This document shows positions 40,016-48,720 of a DNA stretch of 64,000 nucleotides, one piece after another. Numbering within the stretch: the first letter of the stretch is position 1; the number at the start of each line of letters is the position of its first letter. The translations under genes and the position numbers were made by a program. Location: contig CAWELD010000003.1 in NCBI GenBank assembly GCA_963809895.1, forward strand, positions 3,296,001-3,360,000, read 5' to 3'. The notes under the pieces are model-generated. The model made no database searches. It worked only from the letters and a program-made list of their open reading frames with translations, and was not told where the DNA came from. Source of the DNA: an uncultured Gemmatimonadales bacterium (lineage in GTDB: Bacteria > Gemmatimonadota > Gemmatimonadetes > Longimicrobiales > Gaopeijiaceae).

Positions 40016-41188
40016 GTGACGAGCGTCCGCGCGGCAGGCGTGGCTCCGGCTCTCGTGCTCGCCGGTTCTCTCCTGTGGGGATGCGGCGGAGTCCCACCTG
40101 CCACCACCCGGGTCGACTCCGCCGGCGTGGCCATCGTCACCTACTCGGGTCCGGAAGTGCCCCTGGGGTGGTCGTTGGACACGACCCTGGTGCTGGGCGG
40201 CGCGAGCGAGGGCTCCGAGAGCTTCTACCGGGTGCGGCCCTCGCTGGTGGACACGGACGCCAGCGGTCGCATCTACGTGCTCGACGACACCGGAAAACGG
40301 GTGGCGATCTTCGATTCCACCGGCGCGAGCCTCGGCGTGTTCGGGAGAGAGGGCGCGGGCCCCGGCGAGCTGGAGTTCCCCGTTTCCATCGCCGCGGACC
40401 CAGGCGGCGTCCTCGTCTACGACGGCGCCAAGGACGCCATCCTCGCCTACACCCTCGAAGGCGTACTCCGGGATCCCATCCCCTATCCCTATTCGGTGAT
40501 TCGCATGGGATTCCCGCATGTCCAGGCCGAGCCCGGGGGATTGGTGCTGTGGGCGCGAGACCGCTTCCAGGGGAGCGCCGCTCGGGAGCGCATGGACCGG
40601 CTCTGGTGGGTGGGGACCTCCGGTGACACCACGGAGCTCGTCCCGGCCACCCCTTCGCCCACCTCCACGGCGGCCTATCCCGAGTGCGGGATGAGCTACT
40701 CCATTGCCGTCCCCTTCGCTCCCTTCCCGAGGTGGTCACAGTGGAGGGACCGCGTGGCAGTGAACGCCTGGCCCGCCTATCGCGTGAACGTGTTCTCCGG
40801 GGCCACTGAGATCATGAGCATCCGCCGACCCGAGGCGGATCTGCGCCTCACGGAGAGCGAGGCCGTCGAGCGACTGAAAGCCCAGGGATTCGTCGCGGGC
40901 CCCTGCAACGCCGACGCCGCCACCGTCATCCGCCGCCATGGATTCAGCCCCGAACCGCAGGTCGTCCGCAACGTGGCGCTGGCGCCCTCGGGCCGCGTGT
41001 GGGTGCAATACGAGGGCCGGCACGGCGAGCGGCGCATCGACCTCTACGCCGCGGACGGTACCTACGAGGGATCCCTGTCCGGCGACTTCCCCATGCCCAT
41101 GACCTTCCTCCCCGGCGACCGGCTCGTGCTCCAGCTCGTGGATTCGCTGGACGTGGAGAGGGTGGGGGTGGCGCGGGTGGTGCGCTGA
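40016..41188 (+). CDS. 6-bladed beta-propeller lipoprotein (paralog 13)
   Basis: LWGC; VDSAGV; GREGAGPGEL; DSLDVERV. Confidence 0.87.
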   Translation: MTSVRAAGVAPALVLAGSLLWGCGGVPPATTRVDSAGVAIVTYSGPEVPLGWSLDTTLVLGGASEGSESFYRVRPSLVDTDASGRIYVLDDTGKRVAIFDSTGASLGVFGREGAGPGELEFPVSIAADPGGVLVYDGAKDAILAYTLEGVLRDPIPYPYSVIRMGFPHVQAEPGGLVLWARDRFQGSAARERMDRLWWVGTSGDTTELVPATPSPTSTAAYPECGMSYSIAVPFAPFPRWSQWRDRVAVNAWPAYRVNVFSGATEIMSIRRPEADLRLTESEAVERLKAQGFVAGPCNADAATVIRRHGFSPEPQVVRNVALAPSGRVWVQYEGRHGERRIDLYAADGTYEGSLSGDFPMPMTFLPGDRLVLQLVDSLDVERVGVARVVR

Positions 41189-41192
41189 CGGC

Positions 41193-41597
41193 TCAGCCGC
41201 CCAGTACCTCCACACGCAGGTCGGGCACACGCCGGAAATGGGACTCGCCGCTGGAACCCACCAGAACGCCGAAGTCCAGATACCGTGCGGTGGCAGCCAC
41301 CTGAAGGTCGTTCGAGGGGATGGCCGTCCCGGCCTCACGAAGCTGTGCGAAGAGCCGAGCCCAGCGCTCCGCTACGATACCGTCGAAGGGAACGACGGCC
41401 AGGTGCGAGACGAGGGCATCGATCTTCCTCTGCCGAAGCGCGGCCCGCTCTGGAGTGTCCGCCATCCGAACGCCCACCAGCAACTCCGCGAGCACGATGG
41501 CGGGCAGGGCCACCGTCTCGTCGACCAGAGCCTCTGCGACGTCTCCTCGTCCTCGCTCCAGGGCGACCAGCGCACTCGTGTCGATCACGAGTCCCAC
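41193..41597 (-). CDS. vapC: PIN-domain toxin (type II TA)
   Basis: VIDTSAL, AEL..G, NDLQVAATA, HFRRV..L. Confidence 0.92.
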   Translation of the reverse strand: MGLVIDTSALVALERGRGDVAEALVDETVALPAIVLAELLVGVRMADTPERAALRQRKIDALVSHLAVVPFDGIVAERWARLFAQLREAGTAIPSNDLQVAATARYLDFGVLVGSSGESHFRRVPDLRVEVLGG

Positions 41598-41854
41598 GGA
41601 TTCTCCGGAGGTTCGTCGGCTCGGCCCACTTCCTCCAGATCGCGCGCGAACCCGGCGTCCGGAGGCCCTGCATCGCGCCAGGCCCCGATAATCTGGCGGA
41701 GCGAGGCCGTCGGGCGCTCGACCAGGGGCACCACGCGGGCCACGGGCTCCCCGTTCCGCTCGACCAGGAACGAGTCGCCGCGATAGCGGATTCGTCCCAA
41801 CACCTCGCCGAGATTCCGGGCCAGATCGGTGGCCGTCACGCGAATATCACTCAT
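41585..41854 (-). CDS. vapB: Phd/YefM-family antitoxin
   Basis: ATDLARNLGEVL..GDSFLVERNGEPVARVVP; overlaps toxin start. Confidence 0.88.
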   Translation of the reverse strand: MSDIRVTATDLARNLGEVLGRIRYRGDSFLVERNGEPVARVVPLVERPTASLRQIIGAWRDAGPPDAGFARDLEEVGRADEPPENPWDS

Positions 41855-41887
41855 GATGCAAAATGCGCAAATACGTAAAATACGCAA
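41855..41887 (-). promoter_or_regulatory. TA promoter/operator, probably leaderless
   Basis: TTGCGT-N16-CATTTT-N5-ATG with three AAAT(A/G)CG(C/T) direct repeats. Confidence 0.55.
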
Positions 41888-42035
41888 TGATGCCGCTCAA
41901 TGTGGATGGAGGCGTGTCGGTGCCGGGTGGTCACGGCGCGGATGTCGGAGGCGGACGCTACCGCGCGAACGTGGCGATGGAACGGGGGATCGGGACTCGC
42001 GCACCCGATCCTGGCCCCGAGGCGCCCCACCGCCC

Positions 42036-42572
42036 ATGTTCGACGACATGCCTCCCCACCTCCTTCCCGGTGCCGGGCGTTCGCCGACGCATGCGGCGGC
42101 GGCGGCGACGGCCATGCTCGCGCTCGCGGCGGCGGTCTCGACGCCTCATCTCGCGGCAGCTCAGGAATCCCCCGATGAAACCGCGATCCGGGCGACCCGC
42201 AGCGCCTCCAACGAGGCCATTGCTCGGCACGACCTGGATGCCTTCCTCGCCTCCATCGACGACCCGTACCAGGGGACGGCGGGAAGCGGTTGGTTCGCCG
42301 CCGATCGTGAGGCACTGCGCCAGGTGATCGGCGATCAGTTCTCCCGTTTCGACGATCTGCGCTACGAGCGCACCCCGAGCGCGATCCACGTGAGCGCCAG
42401 CGATCCGCTGGCCTGGGAAGAGGGCGAGTGGCTCGGGACCTGGACGTTGTCCGAGGGCGAGCACCGCAGCGGCGGGCGCTATGCCGCACAGTGGCGGAAG
42501 GTCGACGGCACCTGGAAGATCCACTCCGAGCTGTTCGTGACGATGTTCTGCGAGGGCGCCGGGTGTGATTGA
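42036..42572 (+). CDS. secreted NTF2-like/DUF4440 protein
   Basis: AIRATR.ASN.AIARHD..Y.R.P..AWEEG.W.G.W..G.Y.AQWRK..G.W.I.SE; start uncertain. Confidence 0.8.
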   Translation: MFDDMPPHLLPGAGRSPTHAAAAATAMLALAAAVSTPHLAAAQESPDETAIRATRSASNEAIARHDLDAFLASIDDPYQGTAGSGWFAADREALRQVIGDQFSRFDDLRYERTPSAIHVSASDPLAWEEGEWLGTWTLSEGEHRSGGRYAAQWRKVDGTWKIHSELFVTMFCEGAGCD

Positions 42573-45156
42573 GCGACTGCGCGAGGCGGTCTCTGACCGT
42601 TACCGGGTCGAGGAGAAGCTCGGCGAGGGCGGCATGGCCACGGTCTACCTCGCCGAAGACCTGAAGCACAAGCGGAAGGTGGCCATCAAGGTGCTCCGTC
42701 CGGAGCTGGCCGCCGTGGTGGGCGCCGACCGGTTCCTGGCCGAGATCGAGACCACGGCGAACCTGCAGCATCCCCACATCCTGCCCCTCTTCGACTCGGG
42801 GCAGGCCGACGGCTTCCTCTACTACGTGATGCCCTACGTGGAGGGGGAGAGCCTCCGCGACCGGCTGGACCGTGGCGGCCAGATGGCGGTGGACGAGGCC
42901 GTCCGCATCACCTGCGACCTGGCCGAGGCGCTGGACCACGCCCACCGCCGCGGCGTGATCCACCGGGACATCAAGCCGGCCAACATTCTCCTGCAGGACG
43001 GGCGGCCCGTCATCGCCGACTTCGGCATCGCTCTGGCGGTCGGCAAGATCGGCGGTGCGCGGCTCACCGACACCGGGCTCAGTCTGGGCACGCCCTTCTA
43101 CATGAGCCCCGAGCAGGCCATGGGAGACCAGCCCGTCACCGCCGCCAGCGACATCTACGCGCTGGGGTGCGTGCTGTACGAGCTGCTATCGGGAGGGCCG
43201 CCCTACACGGCCGGCACCGCCCAGGCTGTGCTCGCCAAGATTATCACGAGCGGAGAGGTGTCGGTGCGCGAGGCCCGGCCCTCGGTGCCCCGCAACGTGG
43301 ACGCCGCGCTCCGCCGCGCGCTGGAGCGATTGCCTACCGACAGGTTCCCGACGGCGGGCGAATTCCGTGACGCGCTCCGGGATCCCGACTTCCGCTACGG
43401 TGAGGACGAGGCCCCCGCGGAGCGGCGGGGTATCGGCTGGCCTGGCCTGGTCGCGGGCGTGGCTGCGGGACTGCTGGTCGGGTTCTTCGGGGGGCGGGCG
43501 CTCGTGCGCGCCAGGGGCCCGGAAGGCGGCGCGGCATCGACCCGTGACCGTCCTCTCCAGCTCACCTTCACGGGTGAGACGTCCAATCCCGCCATCGCAC
43601 CCGACGGAGATTTCGTGAGCTTCGTCGACGTCACGTGCCGGCAGGGCACGTTCGGCGACTGCTCGTACGATCTTCTCGTGAAGGAGGTGGGAGCCACCAC
43701 GACGGTGACGGTCATCGAGGACGCGGAGTTCATCGGCTCGCCGCACTGGACCTGGGACGGCTCGCAGCTGGTGGTGCCGGCGGTGTTGGACGAGCGGCGC
43801 AGCGGCCTGTTCCTGATCCCCAGGATGGGCGGCGCGATCCGGCCCGTCGCGCCGCTTGGAGCCTTCGACACGCATCCTTCGGGCGACACCGTGTTTGTCG
43901 TTCCAGACGCGGGATCGCCGCGCGGGCTCGTCGTCGATCTGGCCGATGGCACCGTCGTGGACTCGGTCCCGATGCCCGTGGATGAACCCGTCTCGGACGT
44001 GGCGTGGCACCCTGAGGGCGACCGCCTCGCCATACGCAGCCTCTCGTCGCTGATGGTGGTTGGACGGGACGGCGCGCTGTTGGATCAGCAGGCGAGCGCG
44101 GGCCGCGACTTCGTGCGATGGACTGTGGCCGGCAACGCCATCCTCCAGTTCCGGGTCGGGCCCGTCCGCGAAGACGATCTCATGCGAATCCCCGTCGATG
44201 AGCGAGGACGGTTTTCCGGCTCACCGGAGGTGGTCCGCGCCGGCATCCCCACGCTCTATGCGGGGCAGATCGACGTGGCCCGTACGACCGGCCGCCTGGT
44301 GCTGGCCACGGGCGACGGGCGCATGGACGTGTGGTCCTTCGATGTCCACGAGCCTCGCGCCACCGTGCAGCGCCGGACGGGAGGCACGACCTGGTACGGC
44401 TCCCCCACGATTTCATGGGACGGTGAGACGTCGTACTACCTGAGAGGCGACGCCCTCGGCGACAACGTCTACTCCCTGAACCTCGCAGACGGCACGGAGC
44501 AGGCTCTCACCGCCGAGCGCTCTCCTGGCGGCTCGAGCGTGCGCTTCTCGAGCGACGGATCCAGGCTGGCATACACACGCTCGGGCGACCCCTACCGACT
44601 CGATGTGATCAGCTTCCCCTCGGGTCGCGTTTCCACCATGTCCATCGACTTCCGGTGGGCGACGCCCGTGCCCTTCGGTGAGCGAAAGTTCGTCATCACG
44701 GGCGACGGCCTCGCCATCATCGATTCGCTCGGCGCTGAGCCGAGAGTCATCGAGGGCACAGGCCTCTCCATGGGCGGACCCGCCGCGGTCTCACCCGACG
44801 GGAAGCGGATCGCGTACTCCGCCAGGACCCAGCAAGGCACCCCCGTGCTGGCCATGGTCTCCACCGACGGAGGAGAGACCCGCACGGTCGAGGAGCTCAC
44901 GGATACCGACCTTCCACCGGGGCTTACCTGGACGCCTGGCGAGTCGCTGTACGTCGGCCAGTGGCGTCTGGGAGACCCTTACCCCACGCTCTGGCGCTGG
45001 TCCGACGACCGCCAGCAACTCCAGCAGGTTACGGAGATTCCGGTGGCTTGCTTGCCCAGCACCATCGTCGTGGATGCCGCGGCAGATCGCGGCGTGTGTC
45101 AGAACGACGAGAGCCGCTGGGACATCTGGGCCTTCGACGGCCTCGGACGGCGGTAG
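42565..45156 (+). CDS. Ser/Thr protein kinase with TM helix and TolB/PD40-like repeats
   Basis: LGEGGMATVY, VAIK, HRDIKPAN, DFG, YMSPEQ; repeated SPDG/WDG motifs. Confidence 0.95.
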   Translation: MIERLREAVSDRYRVEEKLGEGGMATVYLAEDLKHKRKVAIKVLRPELAAVVGADRFLAEIETTANLQHPHILPLFDSGQADGFLYYVMPYVEGESLRDRLDRGGQMAVDEAVRITCDLAEALDHAHRRGVIHRDIKPANILLQDGRPVIADFGIALAVGKIGGARLTDTGLSLGTPFYMSPEQAMGDQPVTAASDIYALGCVLYELLSGGPPYTAGTAQAVLAKIITSGEVSVREARPSVPRNVDAALRRALERLPTDRFPTAGEFRDALRDPDFRYGEDEAPAERRGIGWPGLVAGVAAGLLVGFFGGRALVRARGPEGGAASTRDRPLQLTFTGETSNPAIAPDGDFVSFVDVTCRQGTFGDCSYDLLVKEVGATTTVTVIEDAEFIGSPHWTWDGSQLVVPAVLDERRSGLFLIPRMGGAIRPVAPLGAFDTHPSGDTVFVVPDAGSPRGLVVDLADGTVVDSVPMPVDEPVSDVAWHPEGDRLAIRSLSSLMVVGRDGALLDQQASAGRDFVRWTVAGNAILQFRVGPVREDDLMRIPVDERGRFSGSPEVVRAGIPTLYAGQIDVARTTGRLVLATGDGRMDVWSFDVHEPRATVQRRTGGTTWYGSPTISWDGETSYYLRGDALGDNVYSLNLADGTEQALTAERSPGGSSVRFSSDGSRLAYTRSGDPYRLDVISFPSGRVSTMSIDFRWATPVPFGERKFVITGDGLAIIDSLGAEPRVIEGTGLSMGGPAAVSPDGKRIAYSARTQQGTPVLAMVSTDGGETRTVEELTDTDLPPGLTWTPGESLYVGQWRLGDPYPTLWRWSDDRQQLQQVTEIPVACLPSTIVVDAAADRGVCQNDESRWDIWAFDGLGRR

Positions 45157-45372
45157 ATGTCGATGAAGAGACTCTGGTCGTGGGCGCTTCTGGCGGTCGT
45201 CCTGGTCGTCGTCGCCTGGATGTGGCTCGGACCGAAGCTCCTGGCGTGGATCGCAGCGGACTCGTGCCTCGACCGCGGGGGTTCGTGGGACGCCGAGAGG
45301 CAGGTCTGTGTGATGGCGGAACCCACATCGCTCACCCTCCTTCACGGAGCGCATTCATGGAGCCCATCCTAG
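45157..45372 (+). CDS. small membrane-anchored protein
   Basis: TM followed by DSCLDRGGSWD....C. Confidence 0.55.
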   Translation: MSMKRLWSWALLAVVLVVVAWMWLGPKLLAWIAADSCLDRGGSWDAERQVCVMAEPTSLTLLHGAHSWSPS

Positions 45373-46712
45373 CCGAAGTCGAACCCGACGCGTCCACCAC
45401 CTCGCGGGGCCTGCTCCAGGTCCTGGGGGTCGGCTTCGGGATCGCCGTCCTGGTCGGAAACACCATCGGCATGGGAATCCTCCGAACCCCCGGCGAGGTG
45501 GCCCAGCATCTGCCGTCGGTCCCGCTCTTCCTGGGCGTCTGGGTCGCGGGCGCGGCCTATGCTCTGCTCGGAACCCTCACGGTAGCGGAGCTCGCCGCCA
45601 TGCGTCCCCGGTCCGGCGGGCTGTACCCCATGGTTCACGACACGCTCGGTACGTTCCCGGGGTTCGTGGCCGGCTGGACGGACTGGCTGGTGAACACGGG
45701 CAGCGCCGCCGCCGTCGCCATCGTGCTCGGAGAGTACATGGGCCCGCTGATCCCGGCGCTGGCGGGCCATGAGCGGCTGACGGCATCGATGGCGGTGTTG
45801 GGCTTCGCGCTCCTGCAGTGGCGAGGGATCCGGCTGGGAGACATCGTCCAGCAGATCACGAGCCTCATCAAGGCCGTGGCGCTCCTGGGGCTTGCGGCCG
45901 CCGGACTCTTCCTGGCCGGAGTCGCGGCGCCGGAGCCCAGCGCGGCGCCAGCGCTGTCCGTCCCGAGTGGGGTCGCCTTCGCGGTGGCTGTCGTCGTGGC
46001 TTTGCAGTCGGCGATCTACACCTACGACGGTTGGACCGGACCGATCTACTTCGGCGAAGAGGTCAAGGATCCCGGCAAGGACATCCCCCGCTCCATGATC
46101 GGTGGCGTGCTCGTGGTGCTGGTCATCTATCTGGCGCTGAACGTGGCGTTCCTGCGCATCATTCCCATCCAGGAGATGGCGGGGGACCCGTTCGTGGCGG
46201 CCACCGCCGCCGGCCGGCTGTTCGGACCGACGGGTGACCTGGTGCTGCGCGTTCTCATGGTCATCTCGCTGCTGGCCGCCGTGAACGCCATCGTGCTCAT
46301 GGCCTCCCGCATCCCCTTCGCCATGAGCACCGACGACCTGGCGCCGGCGGGGCTGAGCCGCGTGAACCGTGGCGGGACCCCGGTGCCCTCGCTCCTGCTG
46401 AGCACCGCGCTCAGCGTCGGCTTCATCGTCACCAACACCTTCGACACCGTCCTGGCCCTGCTGGCCTTCTTCATGGTGGCCAACTATCTGCTGGTCTTCG
46501 TCGCCTTCTTCGTGCGGCGGCGCACGGACCCCGACGCCCCCCGCCCGTTCAGGGTGCCGGCCTATCCCGTGGTTCCGGCGCTGGCGCTCCTGGGCTCGAC
46601 GGCGTTCCTCGTGGCCGCCGTGTGGGGGGATGCCCGCAACAGCCTGGTGGCCATCGCGCTGCTGGCGCTGAGCTGGCCCATGTCACGGGTGGCGCAGCGG
46701 ATCAGTCGGTGA
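45357..46712 (+). CDS. APC-family amino acid permease
   Basis: VGNTIGMGIL.TP, AEL....P.SGG.Y, YDGW..EEVKDP..IPR, RPFRVPAYP. Confidence 0.93.
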   Translation: MEPILAEVEPDASTTSRGLLQVLGVGFGIAVLVGNTIGMGILRTPGEVAQHLPSVPLFLGVWVAGAAYALLGTLTVAELAAMRPRSGGLYPMVHDTLGTFPGFVAGWTDWLVNTGSAAAVAIVLGEYMGPLIPALAGHERLTASMAVLGFALLQWRGIRLGDIVQQITSLIKAVALLGLAAAGLFLAGVAAPEPSAAPALSVPSGVAFAVAVVVALQSAIYTYDGWTGPIYFGEEVKDPGKDIPRSMIGGVLVVLVIYLALNVAFLRIIPIQEMAGDPFVAATAAGRLFGPTGDLVLRVLMVISLLAAVNAIVLMASRIPFAMSTDDLAPAGLSRVNRGGTPVPSLLLSTALSVGFIVTNTFDTVLALLAFFMVANYLLVFVAFFVRRRTDPDAPRPFRVPAYPVVPALALLGSTAFLVAAVWGDARNSLVAIALLALSWPMSRVAQRISR

Positions 46713-46854
46713 GGAAGGGGCGGGTTGGAGGTGGCTGTCGCGCGGGCGGCGGTTGGCGTGCGGTGCGCGGCGGGTGGCCTGCGCGCGCGTGGGCGGGCGG
46801 GGCGCAGAGCTGGATGATCTCGGTGGCTCGCTGGGTGGCCTGCGCGCGGGCGGA

Positions 46855-46992
46855 CGCCGTGAACCCAGCAATGGCCGGCCTGCCGAGGGCGCGCGCTGAC
46901 TTGGCGGCGACTATTGGGGTCGATCCTGCATCCGGCGGCGCCCTCGCCATCCGCTGTTTGATCGCCGTCGATTATTGCCGCCAACCCAGCAA
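46855..46992. repeat. palindromic repeat family I, locus B
   Basis: TTGGCGGCGACTATTGGGGTC..GATTATTGCCGCCAA (46901-46984, 84 bp); AACCCAGCAA at 46862 and 46983. Confidence 0.7.
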
Positions 46993-47080
46993 GCGCCAAC
47001 AAACCTCCATGCACATGCAGAGTTCACGGCAACCGCGGGCCCACGGCACACCCTGAAGACACCTCACCCCGCTCACCCCG

Positions 47081-47257
47081 TCACGCGAGCACGGAGGGGC
47101 CCGGGGCCGGAATCACCAGGCTGCTCCCGTCCACGTCGATCTTGAGCTCGGCGTCGTCGGAGCCGCGCATGAAGACGAAATAGATGGCCAGCCCGACCAT
47201 GATCAGGATGGCGATGATGGCCACGATCGACACGGAACTGCTGTTGGTATCCGCCAT
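47081..47257 (-). CDS. small single-TM protein (58 aa)
   Basis: MADTNSSSVSIVAIIAILIMVGLAIYFVF; GGGAG RBS. Confidence 0.7.
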   Translation of the reverse strand: MADTNSSSVSIVAIIAILIMVGLAIYFVFMRGSDDAELKIDVDGSSLVIPAPGPSVLA

Positions 47258-47308
47258 TTGAAGCTCCCGTCCGGGGGCATGCTCTTCTTGCTCTCGGCCT
47301 TTCGTGAA

Positions 47309-47324
47309 AGCAACATGCGTGCCC
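47309..47324 (-). promoter_or_regulatory. putative sigma-54 promoter
   Basis: GGGCACGCATGTTGCT on the minus strand, close to TGGCACG-N4-TTGCW. Confidence 0.6.
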
Positions 47325-47381
47325 AGCACCCGGATGTGCGCATCCGCTTGCGACGTTCTCACTGCGTATCCCGGAGGTCTC

Positions 47382-48383
47382 ATGCGTCGCTCCCCACTCT
47401 CCGTACTCGCTTTGACCCCATGGCTCCTGGTGGCGGCATGCTCGGGCGGTGACTCGGGGGATTCCATGCCGGCTGACGGGATGGCCGGAGCGGCGACCTC
47501 GGCGCTCGACACCACGTCCGGGAGCTTCCTCGCGGTGAACGGCGGGCGCATCTGGTACAGGGTGACGGGCACGGGATCGGGCCTTCCGGTCGTCCTGCTG
47601 CACGGTGGACCGGGCTTCTCGAGCTTCTACATGAAGCCCCTGGAAGCGCTCGGCGACGACCGACCCGTGATCCGCTACGATCAGCTCGGGGGTGGCAAGT
47701 CGGATCCGATCACGGACACCACGCTCTTCACGATTCCCCACTTCGTGGCCGAGCTCGACTCGCTCCGGAGCCATCTGGGCATCGAGCGCATGCACCTGGT
47801 CGGCCATTCCTGGGGGACCATCCTGGGGCTGGAATACTACCGCGCTCATCCGGAGCGCGTGGCCAGCCTGACCCTGGCCAGCCCGGCCCTGGATATTCCG
47901 CTCTGGGAGCGGACCGCGCGGCGGCTCCTGACCACCCTTCCGGACTCCATGCAGCAGGCGGTGGCGGTGCGGGAGGCCGCTCAGGACTACGACGCCGCCG
48001 ACTATCAGGCGGCGCTCAACGAGTTCTACAGCCGGTACGTGTGGCTGCGTCCCGATCCGGCGGACCTGGACAGCACCATGGCTACCTTCAACCAGAGCAT
48101 CTACGGCTACATGCAGGGCCCGAGCGAGTTCACCATCACCGGAACGCTCAAGGACTACGACGCCACCGACTTCTTGTCGCGGGTCCAGGTGCCGGTCCTC
48201 TATACGGTGGGCGCGGTGGACGAGGCCGACACCACGAACGTGCGTCACTTCGCCGATCTCACTCCGGGCGCGCGCATGGTCGTGATTCCCGACGCGGCCC
48301 ACATCGTCACCTGGGACAATCCCCAGGCCACGGTGGCCGCCGTGCGCGAGTTCCTGCGGCAGGTGGACGGAGGGAATCGCTGA
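47382..48383 (+). CDS. proline iminopeptidase-family alpha/beta hydrolase, lipoprotein
   Basis: LHGGPG, YDQLG.G.SD, GHSWG, GPSEF..TGTLKD; lipobox VAAC. Confidence 0.9.
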   Translation: MRRSPLSVLALTPWLLVAACSGGDSGDSMPADGMAGAATSALDTTSGSFLAVNGGRIWYRVTGTGSGLPVVLLHGGPGFSSFYMKPLEALGDDRPVIRYDQLGGGKSDPITDTTLFTIPHFVAELDSLRSHLGIERMHLVGHSWGTILGLEYYRAHPERVASLTLASPALDIPLWERTARRLLTTLPDSMQQAVAVREAAQDYDAADYQAALNEFYSRYVWLRPDPADLDSTMATFNQSIYGYMQGPSEFTITGTLKDYDATDFLSRVQVPVLYTVGAVDEADTTNVRHFADLTPGARMVVIPDAAHIVTWDNPQATVAAVREFLRQVDGGNR

Positions 48384-48466
48384 CGTCGCCCCCGGCGGCC
48401 GGCGGCCATCGCCCCGCCGGACGTCGCTCCGGTTCCACTGGAGCCCTCTTCACCGACGATTGGCCA

Positions 48467-48615
48467 ATTCAACTCGCTGAGCGAGTCGAACTCGACAAAG
48501 GGTTCCGGGCGCGAACCTCGAACCCACGCGTTCAACTCGCTCAGCGAGTTCTATCGACGAACCGTTCGAAAACCATGCTCCAGTGGTACAGTTCGACTCG
48601 CCGAGCCCGGGTGCG
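48467..48615. repeat. palindromic repeat family III: ~23-bp palindromes at 63/61-bp spacing
   Basis: TTCAACTCGCTGAGCGAGTCGAA (48468), TTCAACTCGCTCAGCGAGTTCTA (48531), TTCGACTCGCCGAGC (48592). Confidence 0.8.
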
Positions 48616-48720
48616 GACGTGGCTATCGGCGGTTTCAGGTTGCCGTGAACTCGATCATCTGGACCCGGGACGGGTGGTAGAGCGCCCGCCATCCCCCCTC
48701 TCGTCCTCGAGGAGTTGAGC

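Noticed and set aside
46622..47056. ORFs across the 46.7-47.05 kb gap
   Set aside because: Low-complexity translations over a repeat region; no RBS or motif
48467..48615. CRISPR array
   Set aside because: Orientation alternates, spacers share sequence, no leader or cas; kept as a repeat
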